24,266 nt of DNA from Clostridia bacterium (GCA_019421925.1 JAHZEH010000003.1:1-24266); one strand, 5' to 3'; positions 1 to 8,533 are shown, numbered from the stretch's first letter. Notes: generated by a model from the sequence alone, not told the origin. A program made the numbers and translations.

Positions 1-1
1 A

Positions 2-346
2 GAGCTCGGCGTACTCCCCGGGCAGGAGCATCTTGCCCAGCAGGTCGCCCGGGGTCTTGACCCCCCATGCCTCCTGGAGCTCCGCGTCATAGAGGTCGGG
101 ACAAACCAGGCAGCGCACGGCCAGTTCCCTGGCATATGCGTCCCCGTCCCGCTCCTCCTCCGGGCCGTTTCTGCCCTGCCTGCGGGTGGTGGCTGCGGCG
201 CGCGCTGCGGCGGCCTGGGCCTCGGTGGCCGCCCGCGCCCGCCAGCGCAGAGGCCCCTTGTCTCCCTGGAACCGCTTGGAGATTACCCGCTCCTCCTCCG
301 CCGGGGGGAGGGTCCTGTCCGGAAAAAAGCTGGAAAACCTGCTCAT
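2..346 (-). CDS. Phage tail assembly chaperone, XkdN-like (3' end outside window)
   Basis: Not in the ORF track; translated manually from ATG at 346 (SD-like AGGGGG): MSRFSSFFPD...CLVCPDLYDAELQEAWGVKTPGDLLGKMLLPGEYAEL. The PDLxDxELQ...ML-PGEY motif and the position after the tube gene fit XkdN. Confidence 0.85.
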   Translation of the reverse strand, partial: MSRFSSFFPDRTLPPAEEERVISKRFQGDKGPLRWRARAATEAQAAAARAAATTRRQGRNGPEEERDGDAYARELAVRCLVCPDLYDAELQEAWGVKTPGDLLGKMLLPGEYAEL

Positions 347-358
347 GGCGTCCCCCCC

Positions 359-844
359 TTACTCCACATCCGCGATGGCTGGATGGGTGAACTCGGAGAG
401 CAGCTCAAAGTCGTCAAAGGTGAAGGAGAGTTCCTCCGAGAGGGGATCGCTGCTCTGCGCGTCAAACTTGGCCAGGGGCACGGCGTCAAAGCTGACGTTT
501 TTGAGAAGCACGGCCTGGGCTCCCAATGTGGCGGCGGGATCCTCGTTGGTGACGACCAGATCGACCAGTACCTCCTTGCCCGTCTTGGCGTATTCCAGCG
601 CCAGCCTGCGCAGCAGGGAGGTGGCGTAGTACATTTTGACCCTGCCGCCGCCCGTCCAGCCCATGGTCCGGCTCATGAGGGAGGTCGCCCCCAGACGTGG
701 GGCCTCCGCCTTCTTTTTGCGCATGGTCGCCTCCAGCGAGGTGAACCAGGAGCAGGGGATATTCCTGCCCTCGTATTTCAGAAAGGCGGTGGCCATCTTG
801 CCCGAGACCACGTCGCCCGCGTTGATGATATACATATCGCTCAT
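359..844 (-). CDS. Phage tail tube protein, XkdM-like
   Basis: 161 aa; motifs INAGDVVSGK, VTNEDP, LAKFDA...EELSFTFDDFE; ATG abuts the sheath stop (TAAATG). Confidence 0.9.
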   Translation of the reverse strand: MSDMYIINAGDVVSGKMATAFLKYEGRNIPCSWFTSLEATMRKKKAEAPRLGATSLMSRTMGWTGGGRVKMYYATSLLRRLALEYAKTGKEVLVDLVVTNEDPAATLGAQAVLLKNVSFDAVPLAKFDAQSSDPLSEELSFTFDDFELLSEFTHPAIADVE

Positions 845-2167
845 TTAGCGCACCTCCACGCTCAGATACATTTTCTCCGCGGCGTCCACAGGCTGTACGG
901 TGAGGGAGACGGCCACGGCGTCCCGCTCAGAGCCCTGCTCCACGGCCAGGTCCGCCCTGGGGTCAAAGTCCTCAAAAGCGCCCTCCGCCTCAAGCTCCCG
1001 CATCAGGGAAACAAGGTCGGCCCGGAACAGCTCCCTCCCCGCCTTGTTGTTGCTCACCTTGCCCACGTAGTACAGCCGCCACACCCGCTCCAGGGAATTG
1101 ACCAGGTAGGACAGCGCCCTGACCACCCGGTTTTTGCGCCACACCATGGGCCTGTTCTCCGTGTAAGTGAGCAGGGAGTTGATATCCTGTTCCACCATGG
1201 CGATGGGCAGTCCCTGGGCGCTGGTGGAGGGCGTGAAGAGGAACTCCCCGCCCCGGAGGGCGGACACGGTATCCTCCTCGCTGAGCCGGGGGCTGGGGGC
1301 GGCCGCGCCGTCATAAGCCTGGTAAGTCAGGGAGGAGGCGGGGCCGGCCGCCGCCGCGGCCGCCGCCACCCAGACCGTACACTGGGCGGGGCTCAGAACC
1401 GTGCCGTCGTTCAGGACAACGCCGTTTTTGACGTTGATGACCCGCTCGTCGTCCCCCGCGTACCCAGCCAAAGCAACCTGCACCAGCTTGCCCTGGCTGT
1501 CAGCCAGGGAGCGGGCCTTGGCCGCGAAAGCCCCCTCCTGATCGGTATCCCCGTAGGGCAGGCAGAAGGCGTTGATGGGGACGTGGTCGAGGGCCTCCAG
1601 GAATTCCGTATAATCCCCCGCCGCCGCCTCGCCGTTTTCGCCCCCCGCAAGCAGTCCGCCCGCATTGGCGGCGAGAGCGCCCGTGCCCGAAAAAGCCACG
1701 TAGTCATTATCCTTGAGTTGTTCCACAATCGCTGCAGTCTGCTCATCCACCTTGGCCCCCGCCAGGGTGGTGCGGACCAGGAAGGCGTCGCCCGCAGCCG
1801 TCACGGTTACGCCAATGTCGTTGCCCCGCTTCCCGGCGCAGGCCGCTGTGGCGGTGAGCGCCCCCAGAGTCTTTTTCGCCTTTACGCCGCCGCTGTCCAG
1901 ACGCCAGGCGTATATTCTGCTGGCCCTCTTGAGGGCCTCCCGCAGCAGAAGCGTGCCCTCCCTGCCATAGCCGGTCCTTTTGCGGAAGGTCTCCTGGCTG
2001 TCGCCGGGCTCCAGCTCAATCCACTCCCCGGTTTTGCCCCAGTCCATCTGGAGGGGCAGGGCGACGGCGCCCAGGGCCGAGCCCAGCGTCTTCTGCTGGG
2101 GCAGAGCCGTAAACCTGTGGTAAAATCCCGGCCTCACTTTATCCTGATTGACGAAAATACCGCTCAA
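845..2167 (-). CDS. Contractile tail sheath protein, XkdK-like
   Basis: 440 aa; N-terminal QDKVRPGFY, then EQDINSLLTY...KNRVVR and C-terminal VQPVDAAEKMY; TTG start with AGGAGG SD. Confidence 0.92.
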   Translation of the reverse strand: MSGIFVNQDKVRPGFYHRFTALPQQKTLGSALGAVALPLQMDWGKTGEWIELEPGDSQETFRKRTGYGREGTLLLREALKRASRIYAWRLDSGGVKAKKTLGALTATAACAGKRGNDIGVTVTAAGDAFLVRTTLAGAKVDEQTAAIVEQLKDNDYVAFSGTGALAANAGGLLAGGENGEAAAGDYTEFLEALDHVPINAFCLPYGDTDQEGAFAAKARSLADSQGKLVQVALAGYAGDDERVINVKNGVVLNDGTVLSPAQCTVWVAAAAAAAGPASSLTYQAYDGAAAPSPRLSEEDTVSALRGGEFLFTPSTSAQGLPIAMVEQDINSLLTYTENRPMVWRKNRVVRALSYLVNSLERVWRLYYVGKVSNNKAGRELFRADLVSLMRELEAEGAFEDFDPRADLAVEQGSERDAVAVSLTVQPVDAAEKMYLSVEVR

Positions 2168-2179
2168 TATCGCTTCCTC

Positions 2180-2617
2180 CTATTCTCTGCTGAGGGTTAT
2201 GCCGCCCTCCTTGCGTCCCATAAGAATCCCGTCCTCCTCGCTCTCCCGCAGACAGTGCACCCGGTAGCGGCAGGTGAATTCCAGCGCGTCGTCCCTCTCC
2301 CTGGGTCCGGCGGCGCACTCCAGCGCATGGAGCACAGATGTTCCGCAGGGCAGCTCGGACAGGGCGGCGGCCAGTTTCCGGCCCGCCTCCTCCCCCCGGC
2401 GCAGCGCTTCCCCACCCTGGGGCGGGAAATATAGCGCCTTCAGGATGAAAGTCCTCTCCAGCCGCCTGCCCAGAAGGGGCCTGTCGCTCCAACTGGCCTG
2501 TAAAAAGATGCTGGGCCGCACAAAAGCTCTGCCCATCCGCTCGGCATAGAGAGTCAGTCCGGGAAAGCGCCCCTTCAGGGCCGCAGCCGCGGCCGATACA
2601 ATGTCCCCCCCGTTCAT
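2180..2617 (-). CDS. Putative phage tail terminator / neck protein (DUF6838-like)
   Basis: 145 aa directly upstream of the sheath; N-terminal pattern 'ALKGRFP..LYAE....F.RPSIF'; ATG overlaps the upstream stop. Confidence 0.65.
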   Translation of the reverse strand: MNGGDIVSAAAAALKGRFPGLTLYAERMGRAFVRPSIFLQASWSDRPLLGRRLERTFILKALYFPPQGGEALRRGEEAGRKLAAALSELPCGTSVLHALECAAGPRERDDALEFTCRYRVHCLRESEEDGILMGRKEGGITLSRE

Positions 2618-2976
2618 GTACCCTCCCCCCAGTCCGTGACCCTCCTTTTGACGAGGACCTCCACATGGCTGTTATAGCGGCGCACGGACTGAGCCTCAAA
2701 TTGCCCGCTCATGCCTCGGCCGCGCACCGTCAGCAGGTCTCCGGCCTCCACACCGCATTCGGGCGGCGCAAAGACCGTGGCGCTCTCCCGGAGCAGAGGT
2801 TCGGGCCTGTACCGCTCCAGAAATCCCCCGGTATAGGACAGACGGCAGGGGATCTCCCCCGGGAGGGATTCCTCCCGGCCAAAGACAGCCCCGTCCTCCC
2901 GCAGCTCAGGGACAGCCCTGGAGAGGGACATTTTGTCGCAGTAGAGCGTCTCCAGCGCGGCGCGCACCGTCACCAT
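2614..2976 (-). CDS. Putative head-closure / head-tail adaptor protein
   Basis: 120 aa; 'RAALETLY...EIPCRLS...APPE..VEAGD.LTV...HVEV' pattern of Firmicutes myophage head-closure proteins; synteny. Confidence 0.65.
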   Translation of the reverse strand: MVTVRAALETLYCDKMSLSRAVPELREDGAVFGREESLPGEIPCRLSYTGGFLERYRPEPLLRESATVFAPPECGVEAGDLLTVRGRGMSGQFEAQSVRRYNSHVEVLVKRRVTDWGEGT

Positions 2977-3278
2977 GACATCCTCCTGTGGCGGCGCAGC
3001 TCTACGCGGCAGTCAACGGAGAAGTCCGACAAACTGTCCGCCTCAAAGCGCAGCGCCGTGTCCCCCTCCGAAAGAGACGTCAGCCTCCCGCCGCTCCCCC
3101 GCTGATAGAGGGAGACGGCCATAGCGGCCACGCAGGGCTCCAACCCTCCGGGCAGTTCCTCCCTGCCCATGTAACAGAGGGCCCGGCAGAGGGCCTCCCT
3201 GACGCACAGCTCCACCCTGGGCCGCTCCTCCTCCGCAGCGTTCAGCCTGGCCATGGCCAGTTCCATCGCCGCCTCCAT
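2970..3278 (-). CDS. Head-tail connector protein (SPP1 gp15-like)
   Basis: Start reassigned to ATG 3278, just after the capsid stop; 102 aa with 'ALCYMGREELP.GLE' and 'SLSEGDT' motifs. Confidence 0.75.
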   Translation of the reverse strand: MEAAMELAMARLNAAEEERPRVELCVREALCRALCYMGREELPGGLEPCVAAMAVSLYQRGSGGRLTSLSEGDTALRFEADSLSDFSVDCRVELRRHRRMSW

Positions 3279-3280
3279 GC

Positions 3281-4264
3281 TTAAATCCCGTGGATAAGGG
3301 CAACCAGCGGAATCTGCCTGGCGCCCGCGATCAAACTCCAGTTGCCGGGAGTGGAGAGATCCGCGTTGGCGGGGGTGGGATCGTCCTCGTTGGTATAAGC
3401 GGAGGGTTCCACCCACTTGATCCCACGGGGGTGGATCACCAGGGCCCTGCGGGTAAAAAGCACGTTCTCGCTGGCTGCCGCATTGCGGGCGATCTCCACC
3501 GGCGTCAGGGTGGGCGGCACGCCCTCGCCCCTGGCAAAAGCCCCCTTGCCCACCAGGTAGGTGGTGTACTTGCCCGAGCTCACAGGCAGCCCGTCGTCGA
3601 CGATGACCTGGTAGCCCAGATAGCGGGGCATATCTACAACGCCCTCGGAATTGGGGATATATTCCACCAGGTTGTCCTTCTGCAGCTTGGTATAGGTGGC
3701 GCTGTGCATGGCGATCGCCGTGATGGCAGCCGCGCCGTCGCCCAGAATCTGCTTGGCGTCGAGCACTGCGGCGGCGCTGATCTTGGCCGCGTCCCCGGTG
3801 TTCGCGGAGATATCCGAGACATTGCCCCTGAGCACGCCGGAGGTCTTGTCAAAAAGGCCTGCGAGGATGGAGAGGAGAATCTTCTGCTCCCTGCGCACCC
3901 ACCAGTCCGTATAGCGGTCCAGGATGGCGGCCATGGGGTCGTCGCCCGCCATCGCGCCCGCCAGTTCATGGGCCCCCCACGCCTTGGCGCGCACCAGTAC
4001 AGGGGCCAGCTCATTGCCCGCAGTAATGGAACCCACCTCAATGTTCCCCGCGGCGGGGAGCACCATATCCTCTCCGCCCAGGTCGCTCCACATGGGCAGG
4101 TTGATGAACCTGCCGCCCGCGGAGATCATGCCGTCACGCTCCTTGCTGCCCTCCGCCATGCCGGAGCGCATAAGGGCGCTCTTTGCCGCAGTCATTCTCT
4201 GGGCATAGCCTGCCCAATGCTCCGGCACGATCACATCCGAAAGCCTGGTGTAAACATCCGCCAT
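3281..4264 (-). CDS. Major capsid (coat) protein
   Basis: 327 aa; TRLSDVIVPE, INLPMWSDL, AGDDPMAAI, MHSATY, VIVDDGLP, IHPRGIKW; strong SD GAGGAGG. Confidence 0.88.
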   Translation of the reverse strand: MADVYTRLSDVIVPEHWAGYAQRMTAAKSALMRSGMAEGSKERDGMISAGGRFINLPMWSDLGGEDMVLPAAGNIEVGSITAGNELAPVLVRAKAWGAHELAGAMAGDDPMAAILDRYTDWWVRREQKILLSILAGLFDKTSGVLRGNVSDISANTGDAAKISAAAVLDAKQILGDGAAAITAIAMHSATYTKLQKDNLVEYIPNSEGVVDMPRYLGYQVIVDDGLPVSSGKYTTYLVGKGAFARGEGVPPTLTPVEIARNAAASENVLFTRRALVIHPRGIKWVEPSAYTNEDDPTPANADLSTPGNWSLIAGARQIPLVALIHGI

Positions 4265-4285
4265 GATAAATTCCTCCTCTTTTTC

Positions 4286-4386
4286 CTGAGGGCTCCGCCC
4301 TCAAACTCCCGCCCAAGGTGCGTCCCTTGGGAATCCCTTTCCAGGGGAAAATTTTTCCCGGAAATATCCGGCAAAATTTTCCCCTG
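4286..4386 (-). repeat. REP-like three-hairpin element between the scaffold and capsid genes
   Basis: Perfect 14-bp arms at 4342-4355 and 4373-4386; AAAGGGATTCCCAAGGGAC (4322-4340, minus) matches 10703-10721 (plus) at 18/19. Confidence 0.75.
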
Positions 4387-4407
4387 AAGTTGTTCAACAA
4401 CGCGGCT

Positions 4408-4920
4408 TCAATCCGCAGGAGAATGCTGCCCTCGGAAAAGCGCGTCAGCGGTTTTCCGACGCGGTCCCGCCGCCTCCATGAGCCTTGCCGCGTTCTCCCG
4501 ATCCCTGCGCAGCAGCTCGGCCTGGCGGGTCAGGTGCCAGCCAGCCTCGCTCCAGGGATTGTCCGGTCCGGGGGCGCTCCCCTCCATGGGGTTCATCCCT
4601 GTAAAGGCCGGGCCCTCTGCAAACATCCAGCCCTCTCTCTGGCGGAGCCGCTCAACCGCATCCGGAATATCCCCAGCGTTCCCGGTCTCCTCCAACAGGG
4701 CCCTGGCCGCTTTGACGGACTTTGCGCCCGCCCTGGCGAGGGCGAGGGCGATGGCCCCCTCCCGGCGCTCGCGCTCCAGCTCCTGGCGGAGCTCCCGGTT
4801 CTGCCGCAGCAGCTCCGCACCGTCCAGGTTCTCCAGCTCTCCCTGGGGGCAGTCCCGCCCCTCCTGGGAGAGCTCCAGTCCGGCGGCCCCGCCGCCCATC
4901 CGATTTTCCTGTTCCTCCAA
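4408..4920 (-). CDS. Phage scaffolding protein (GP20-like)
   Basis: 170 aa; coiled-coil N-terminus, 'ALARAGAKSVKAARALL', C-terminal 'NPWS...LTRQAELLR'; TTG start with AGGAGG SD. Confidence 0.8.
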   Translation of the reverse strand: MEEQENRMGGGAAGLELSQEGRDCPQGELENLDGAELLRQNRELRQELERERREGAIALALARAGAKSVKAARALLEETGNAGDIPDAVERLRQREGWMFAEGPAFTGMNPMEGSAPGPDNPWSEAGWHLTRQAELLRRDRENAARLMEAAGPRRKTADALFRGQHSPAD

Positions 4921-4935
4921 GGCATTTCCCTCCTT

Positions 4936-6312
4936 CTATCCGGCTGTGGTCCCGCTGCCCGGGCCCCCCGCCTGCTCCGCGGCCTCCCGCCTCAGTTCCT
5001 CCAGCTCTTCGTCCACATCCCTGGTAAAGGGATGATTGGCCAGAATCGTTCTCCTGGACACCATGCCCACGGATTTGACACACAAATCCACCATCATCTC
5101 CTCGTTGACGATGACGTCCCTGGGGAATACGAACTCCACAGGTTCCCCCCGGAAATCCCCCAGTCCGGCGTTGAGAAAGTGGGCCTGCACAAACCAGAGC
5201 AGCTCCTCCATGGCGGCCTGCAGCTCCGTCTCGAGTCCGTTGCAGTCCAGATCCAGGTCAGCGTATTCGTGGCGCAGGGCCACGCCGCTGGCCGTATTCT
5301 TGAGCCGGTCGATACGCATGTCCACGCCCCGGCCAAACTCAAAGATGTCGGCCCGGTCCATCTCCAGATGGGCCTGCGCGGCCGTGGTGTTGACGGGGTT
5401 TTGCAGGGCGGTCACAGCTCCGTCGTCGCTCACCTTAACCGCCCGGTGGGCGGCCAGATTGCGGCGGAACTCCGCGAGGTTCTCCCCGTCGTAGTTGCGC
5501 AGAACCAGAATACTGCTGCTCTGGTCGGCCAGGGCGTTGCTGTCGTCGCTCTTGATGCGGTCGTAGTCGTCCACCAGCGCCCTGATAAAGCGCAGCAGCG
5601 GAATCTCGCCGTCGTTATATTTAATGGGGATGAAGGGCGCTCTCGCCCAGTTGAGAGGGACGCTCCGGTCCTCCCAAACCGCCCTCACATCGGGCTGGGC
5701 GCTCCCCTCGGGGATCAGCCTGTCCTCCTCCATGCGGTAGGAGTACACCCCGCTCCCCTCCCAGTAGCGCAGGTGGAGCGTCTCCCTGCGGGTTTTGCCC
5801 CGCCACTCCTCCACCGTCACAGCCCGAAGCGCGCCGCTGAGCCGCGTGTGCTCCCCGTCCTCCCAGAGGGGCAAAAGCTCCTCGGGCGGCACCCTGGCCA
5901 CCCGGAACCGTCCCTCTCCGTCGTAATAGGGATGGAGCCAGCCGATCCCCTTGTTGACGGCGTCCCGGACGGCATTTTTGAGAGTGCGGGCGAACTGCCG
6001 GTCAAAGATCTTGCGCAGCAGCGCCCCATACTCCCCGCCGGCCAGTACGCTGAAGGGCTTCCCCAGCAGGTACTGTACCTTCTGGTCCACCAGCTCCCGC
6101 ACAAAGTTGTGAGGGATACGGCAGTCCGCAAGGCCATACCCGCTCCGCTCCCTCTGCAAAATGTCATTCCTGCCGGCGTAATAGCGCCCGGCGTCGAGCA
6201 TCTCAGCCCGCTCCGGCGAGGCCATCCATCGCCTGAACTCCTGCTCCAGCGCCTCCTCCCGGGTCATGGGGGCGTGATAGGCCAGCAGGGCCGCCAGTTG
6301 TCTGTTATTCAT
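4936..6312 (-). CDS. Phage portal protein, SPP1 gp6-like
   Basis: Start reassigned to ATG 6312 (SD GGAGGAG); 458 aa; RYYAGRNDI, HNFVRELVDQKVQYLLGKP, LVDDYD, ASGVALR...DLD. Confidence 0.92.
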   Translation of the reverse strand: MNNRQLAALLAYHAPMTREEALEQEFRRWMASPERAEMLDAGRYYAGRNDILQRERSGYGLADCRIPHNFVRELVDQKVQYLLGKPFSVLAGGEYGALLRKIFDRQFARTLKNAVRDAVNKGIGWLHPYYDGEGRFRVARVPPEELLPLWEDGEHTRLSGALRAVTVEEWRGKTRRETLHLRYWEGSGVYSYRMEEDRLIPEGSAQPDVRAVWEDRSVPLNWARAPFIPIKYNDGEIPLLRFIRALVDDYDRIKSDDSNALADQSSSILVLRNYDGENLAEFRRNLAAHRAVKVSDDGAVTALQNPVNTTAAQAHLEMDRADIFEFGRGVDMRIDRLKNTASGVALRHEYADLDLDCNGLETELQAAMEELLWFVQAHFLNAGLGDFRGEPVEFVFPRDVIVNEEMMVDLCVKSVGMVSRRTILANHPFTRDVDEELEELRREAAEQAGGPGSGTTAG

Positions 6313-6488
6313 TCTTCTCCTCCATCTGCCGGGCGGCGCATCCAAAGGCGCAGTTCCGCCCGAGGGCGGCAGCCGCCGAAACCCGTCCTCAGCCTTATTC
6401 CGGACGCCCCGGAACCTTTGCAGGGATACGTATCCTTGCAGGCAGGCCATGCACAAGGCCCAGACCCTCCTGCCGTCCGCCAGTCCTC

Positions 6489-7718
6489 TCACTCAAAACT
6501 TATTTCAGTGCGCCGCCAGCCCTCAATCCCGTAGCGCAGGGCGGCGATGGCGTCGTCAAAGCCCTCGGAGGGCTCGTCCAGCCATTCCCCGGAGACGCTG
6601 TCCCGCCTCCATTTCCAGCTCTGCAATTCGGCGAGAAGCTGAGTGCAGCGGGGATGGATCAGGAGGGGGTGCGCCTTGAGCCAGTCGATCTGGGCCCGCA
6701 CGCTGCCCGGCCCTTTCCGCGCGGGGCGTGCCCGCCAGCCCCCCGTCCGCCATGTGCGGATGCGGTCGGGCTCAGCGCTGTCGCAGTAGAGGGGGAGACG
6801 CTTGTCGAACCGCTCCTCGGCCAGGGCCATGATCTCGCCCGTGTCCTTCTCCCGTACAATCAGCTCGTCGCAGGCGAAGACCGCTCCGTCCTTGAACCCC
6901 AGCAGCAGGATGGCGTTGGGGTGGTTGAAGCCGAAATCCTGGCCCAGAGCCATGCCGTCAAACCGGTGGGGGGCGGCGGAGAACTCTCCCGCCTTGTAGT
7001 GGGGCAGAATGAGCCCCCCGCTCTCCCCCCATTCCCCCAGGGCATAGACCCGGTATCCCTCCGGGTCCCGCTCCCGTCTGCCCTCCATCCGCTTCTGGTA
7101 TTGGCCGTCGACAAAGGCGTTGTCCAGATAGGTGGAGTGGTGCAAAAAGGTCTGACCGTCCGGGCGGTCAAAGAATCGTTTTTTGAGCCAGTGGCTGGCG
7201 CTGACGGGATTGAAGGTGAGGGTGATCTGATAAAAAAGCCCCTCGGGGAGCAGCCCGCGCAGCCGGTCGTCCACCAGCTCCAAATCCTCGGGCAAAAACT
7301 CGGTGGCCTCCTCCATCCAGACCCAGGTCAGCTTGCCGCCGGCGCAGGAGATGGACTTGAGTTTCTCCCTTTCACGCCCGTCCTTCATCCCTTTGAACAG
7401 AATCTCGTTGCCTGTAGAGACACATCGCAGGCCAAGCGGCTCGCTCCGGCTGATCCATACCCTGCTCCATCCCGGCCCGCAGATGCGTCGGATGGCGGAG
7501 AGGAGCTCCGGGTAGGTGCTGGAGCGGTTGCTCTCCTCCACCTTGCGCAGTACCAACAGGTTAGCGCCTGCAAATTTAGGGTCCATGAGCTTGAGCACGA
7601 AATCCTGCGCCACATTGCAGCTCTTGCCGCTTCCCGCTCCCCCCATGAGCACCCGGTAACGCCTGCGGGTCGCATTCGCCTGCGCAAAGCAGGGGTTAAA
7701 CCGGGCGCGTACGATCAT
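6489..7718 (-). CDS. Terminase large subunit, PBSX family
   Basis: 409 aa; Walker A GGAGSGKS, Walker B VWMEEATE, TFNP motif, nuclease motifs GQDFGFNHP and DDAIAALRY are all present. Confidence 0.95.
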   Translation of the reverse strand: MIVRARFNPCFAQANATRRRYRVLMGGAGSGKSCNVAQDFVLKLMDPKFAGANLLVLRKVEESNRSSTYPELLSAIRRICGPGWSRVWISRSEPLGLRCVSTGNEILFKGMKDGREREKLKSISCAGGKLTWVWMEEATEFLPEDLELVDDRLRGLLPEGLFYQITLTFNPVSASHWLKKRFFDRPDGQTFLHHSTYLDNAFVDGQYQKRMEGRRERDPEGYRVYALGEWGESGGLILPHYKAGEFSAAPHRFDGMALGQDFGFNHPNAILLLGFKDGAVFACDELIVREKDTGEIMALAEERFDKRLPLYCDSAEPDRIRTWRTGGWRARPARKGPGSVRAQIDWLKAHPLLIHPRCTQLLAELQSWKWRRDSVSGEWLDEPSEGFDDAIAALRYGIEGWRRTEISFE

Positions 7719-8257
7719 TGCGCCTGCTCTTCTGATTCCTTCGCTGAGGGAACGCCGCTGTAGTCAATGATGATCTCCAGACGGCCGTCCCCCTCGGGCT
7801 TGTCCTTCCAGACGCCCAGATGCCTCCCCAGCAGTTCGAGCGCACGCATCTTGTCGTGGGTGCGGGCAGAGAACTCCATCTTGCCGTCCCGGCCGTCCTT
7901 GAGGCGGATGTCGGCCAGAGCGGGGCGCAGGCGTTTTTCCACCTGCTCAGTGGGAGTCAGGCGCAGACACATCTGCCCCTCATCGTCCCGCTCCACCCGC
8001 ACAAAATCGGTGAGATTGCCAAAGGCCACGGCGGCCAGCTCCTCGATCACCCGGTCCTGATCCACGGATACCCGCATGCGCCTCTCCTCCATGGCCCGCT
8101 CTATCCCATCCTGTATCGCGGGCTTTTGCAGCAGCGTCCAACCGCAGGCGGCGGCGCTGCGCGGGCTATAACCTGCGCGTATGGCGGCCCGGGTGGCGTT
8201 CAAATCCAATAGGTACTCCTCTATAAATCGCTCCTGTCTATGAGTCAACCCCTGCAT
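7715..8257 (-). CDS. Terminase small subunit
   Basis: 180 aa; LTHRQERFIEEYLLDLNATRAAIRAGYS and DKMRALELLGRHLG; SD AGGAGGT at 8266-8272; stop overlaps terL ATG. Confidence 0.95.
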   Translation of the reverse strand: MQGLTHRQERFIEEYLLDLNATRAAIRAGYSPRSAAACGWTLLQKPAIQDGIERAMEERRMRVSVDQDRVIEELAAVAFGNLTDFVRVERDDEGQMCLRLTPTEQVEKRLRPALADIRLKDGRDGKMEFSARTHDKMRALELLGRHLGVWKDKPEGDGRLEIIIDYSGVPSAKESEEQAQ

Positions 8258-8289
8258 TCACGGATACCTCCTGTGTTTATGATGGAATG

Positions 8290-8338
8290 AGAATAACACC
8301 AAACATATATTCCCTCCATTGCATATTTCGTGCAATGG
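8290..8338 (-). promoter_or_regulatory. Putative promoter/operator region of the phage-like operon
   Basis: Extended -10 TGtTATTCT (8290-8298), LexA-like GAATATATGTTT (8301-8312), and palindrome CCATTGCA-N7-TGCAATGG (8316-8338). Confidence 0.4.
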
Positions 8339-8496
8339 GGAAATAGCCCCCGCATCCGAGACCGCCGGTACCTTGCTAACGGAACCGGCGGCGCCAGGAT
8401 TGGCGCGGCAAATACCCCCCCTTGTCCAAACGGACGTCTCGGCGCCCGCTCCCGCCCGCCTGCCGGCGCATGGCAGCGGGCCCCTCCCCAAAACGC

Positions 8497-8533
8497 AAAG
8501 AATCCCGCCGCAGTTTGCGGCGGGATTCTTTTT
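8497..8533. terminator. Rho-independent terminator-like hairpin downstream of the nitrilase gene
   Basis: AAAGAATCCCGCCGCA-gtt-TGCGGCGGGATTCTTT, a perfect 16-bp stem with A/T ends on both sides. Confidence 0.85.

Noticed and set aside
1..2617. Simple R-type tailocin or contractile injection system
   Set aside because: Intact terminase, portal, scaffold and capsid genes are in the same operon, which tailocins and eCIS lack.
383..6534. Long plus-strand ORFs 383-2434, 3290-4387 and 4318-6534
   Set aside because: Antisense shadows of the phage genes, expected in high-GC DNA; no recognisable motifs.
8296..8335. Sporulation sigma (SigK/SigE) promoter for terS
   Set aside because: Only loose xATAnnnT matches with imperfect spacing; not supportable by eye.
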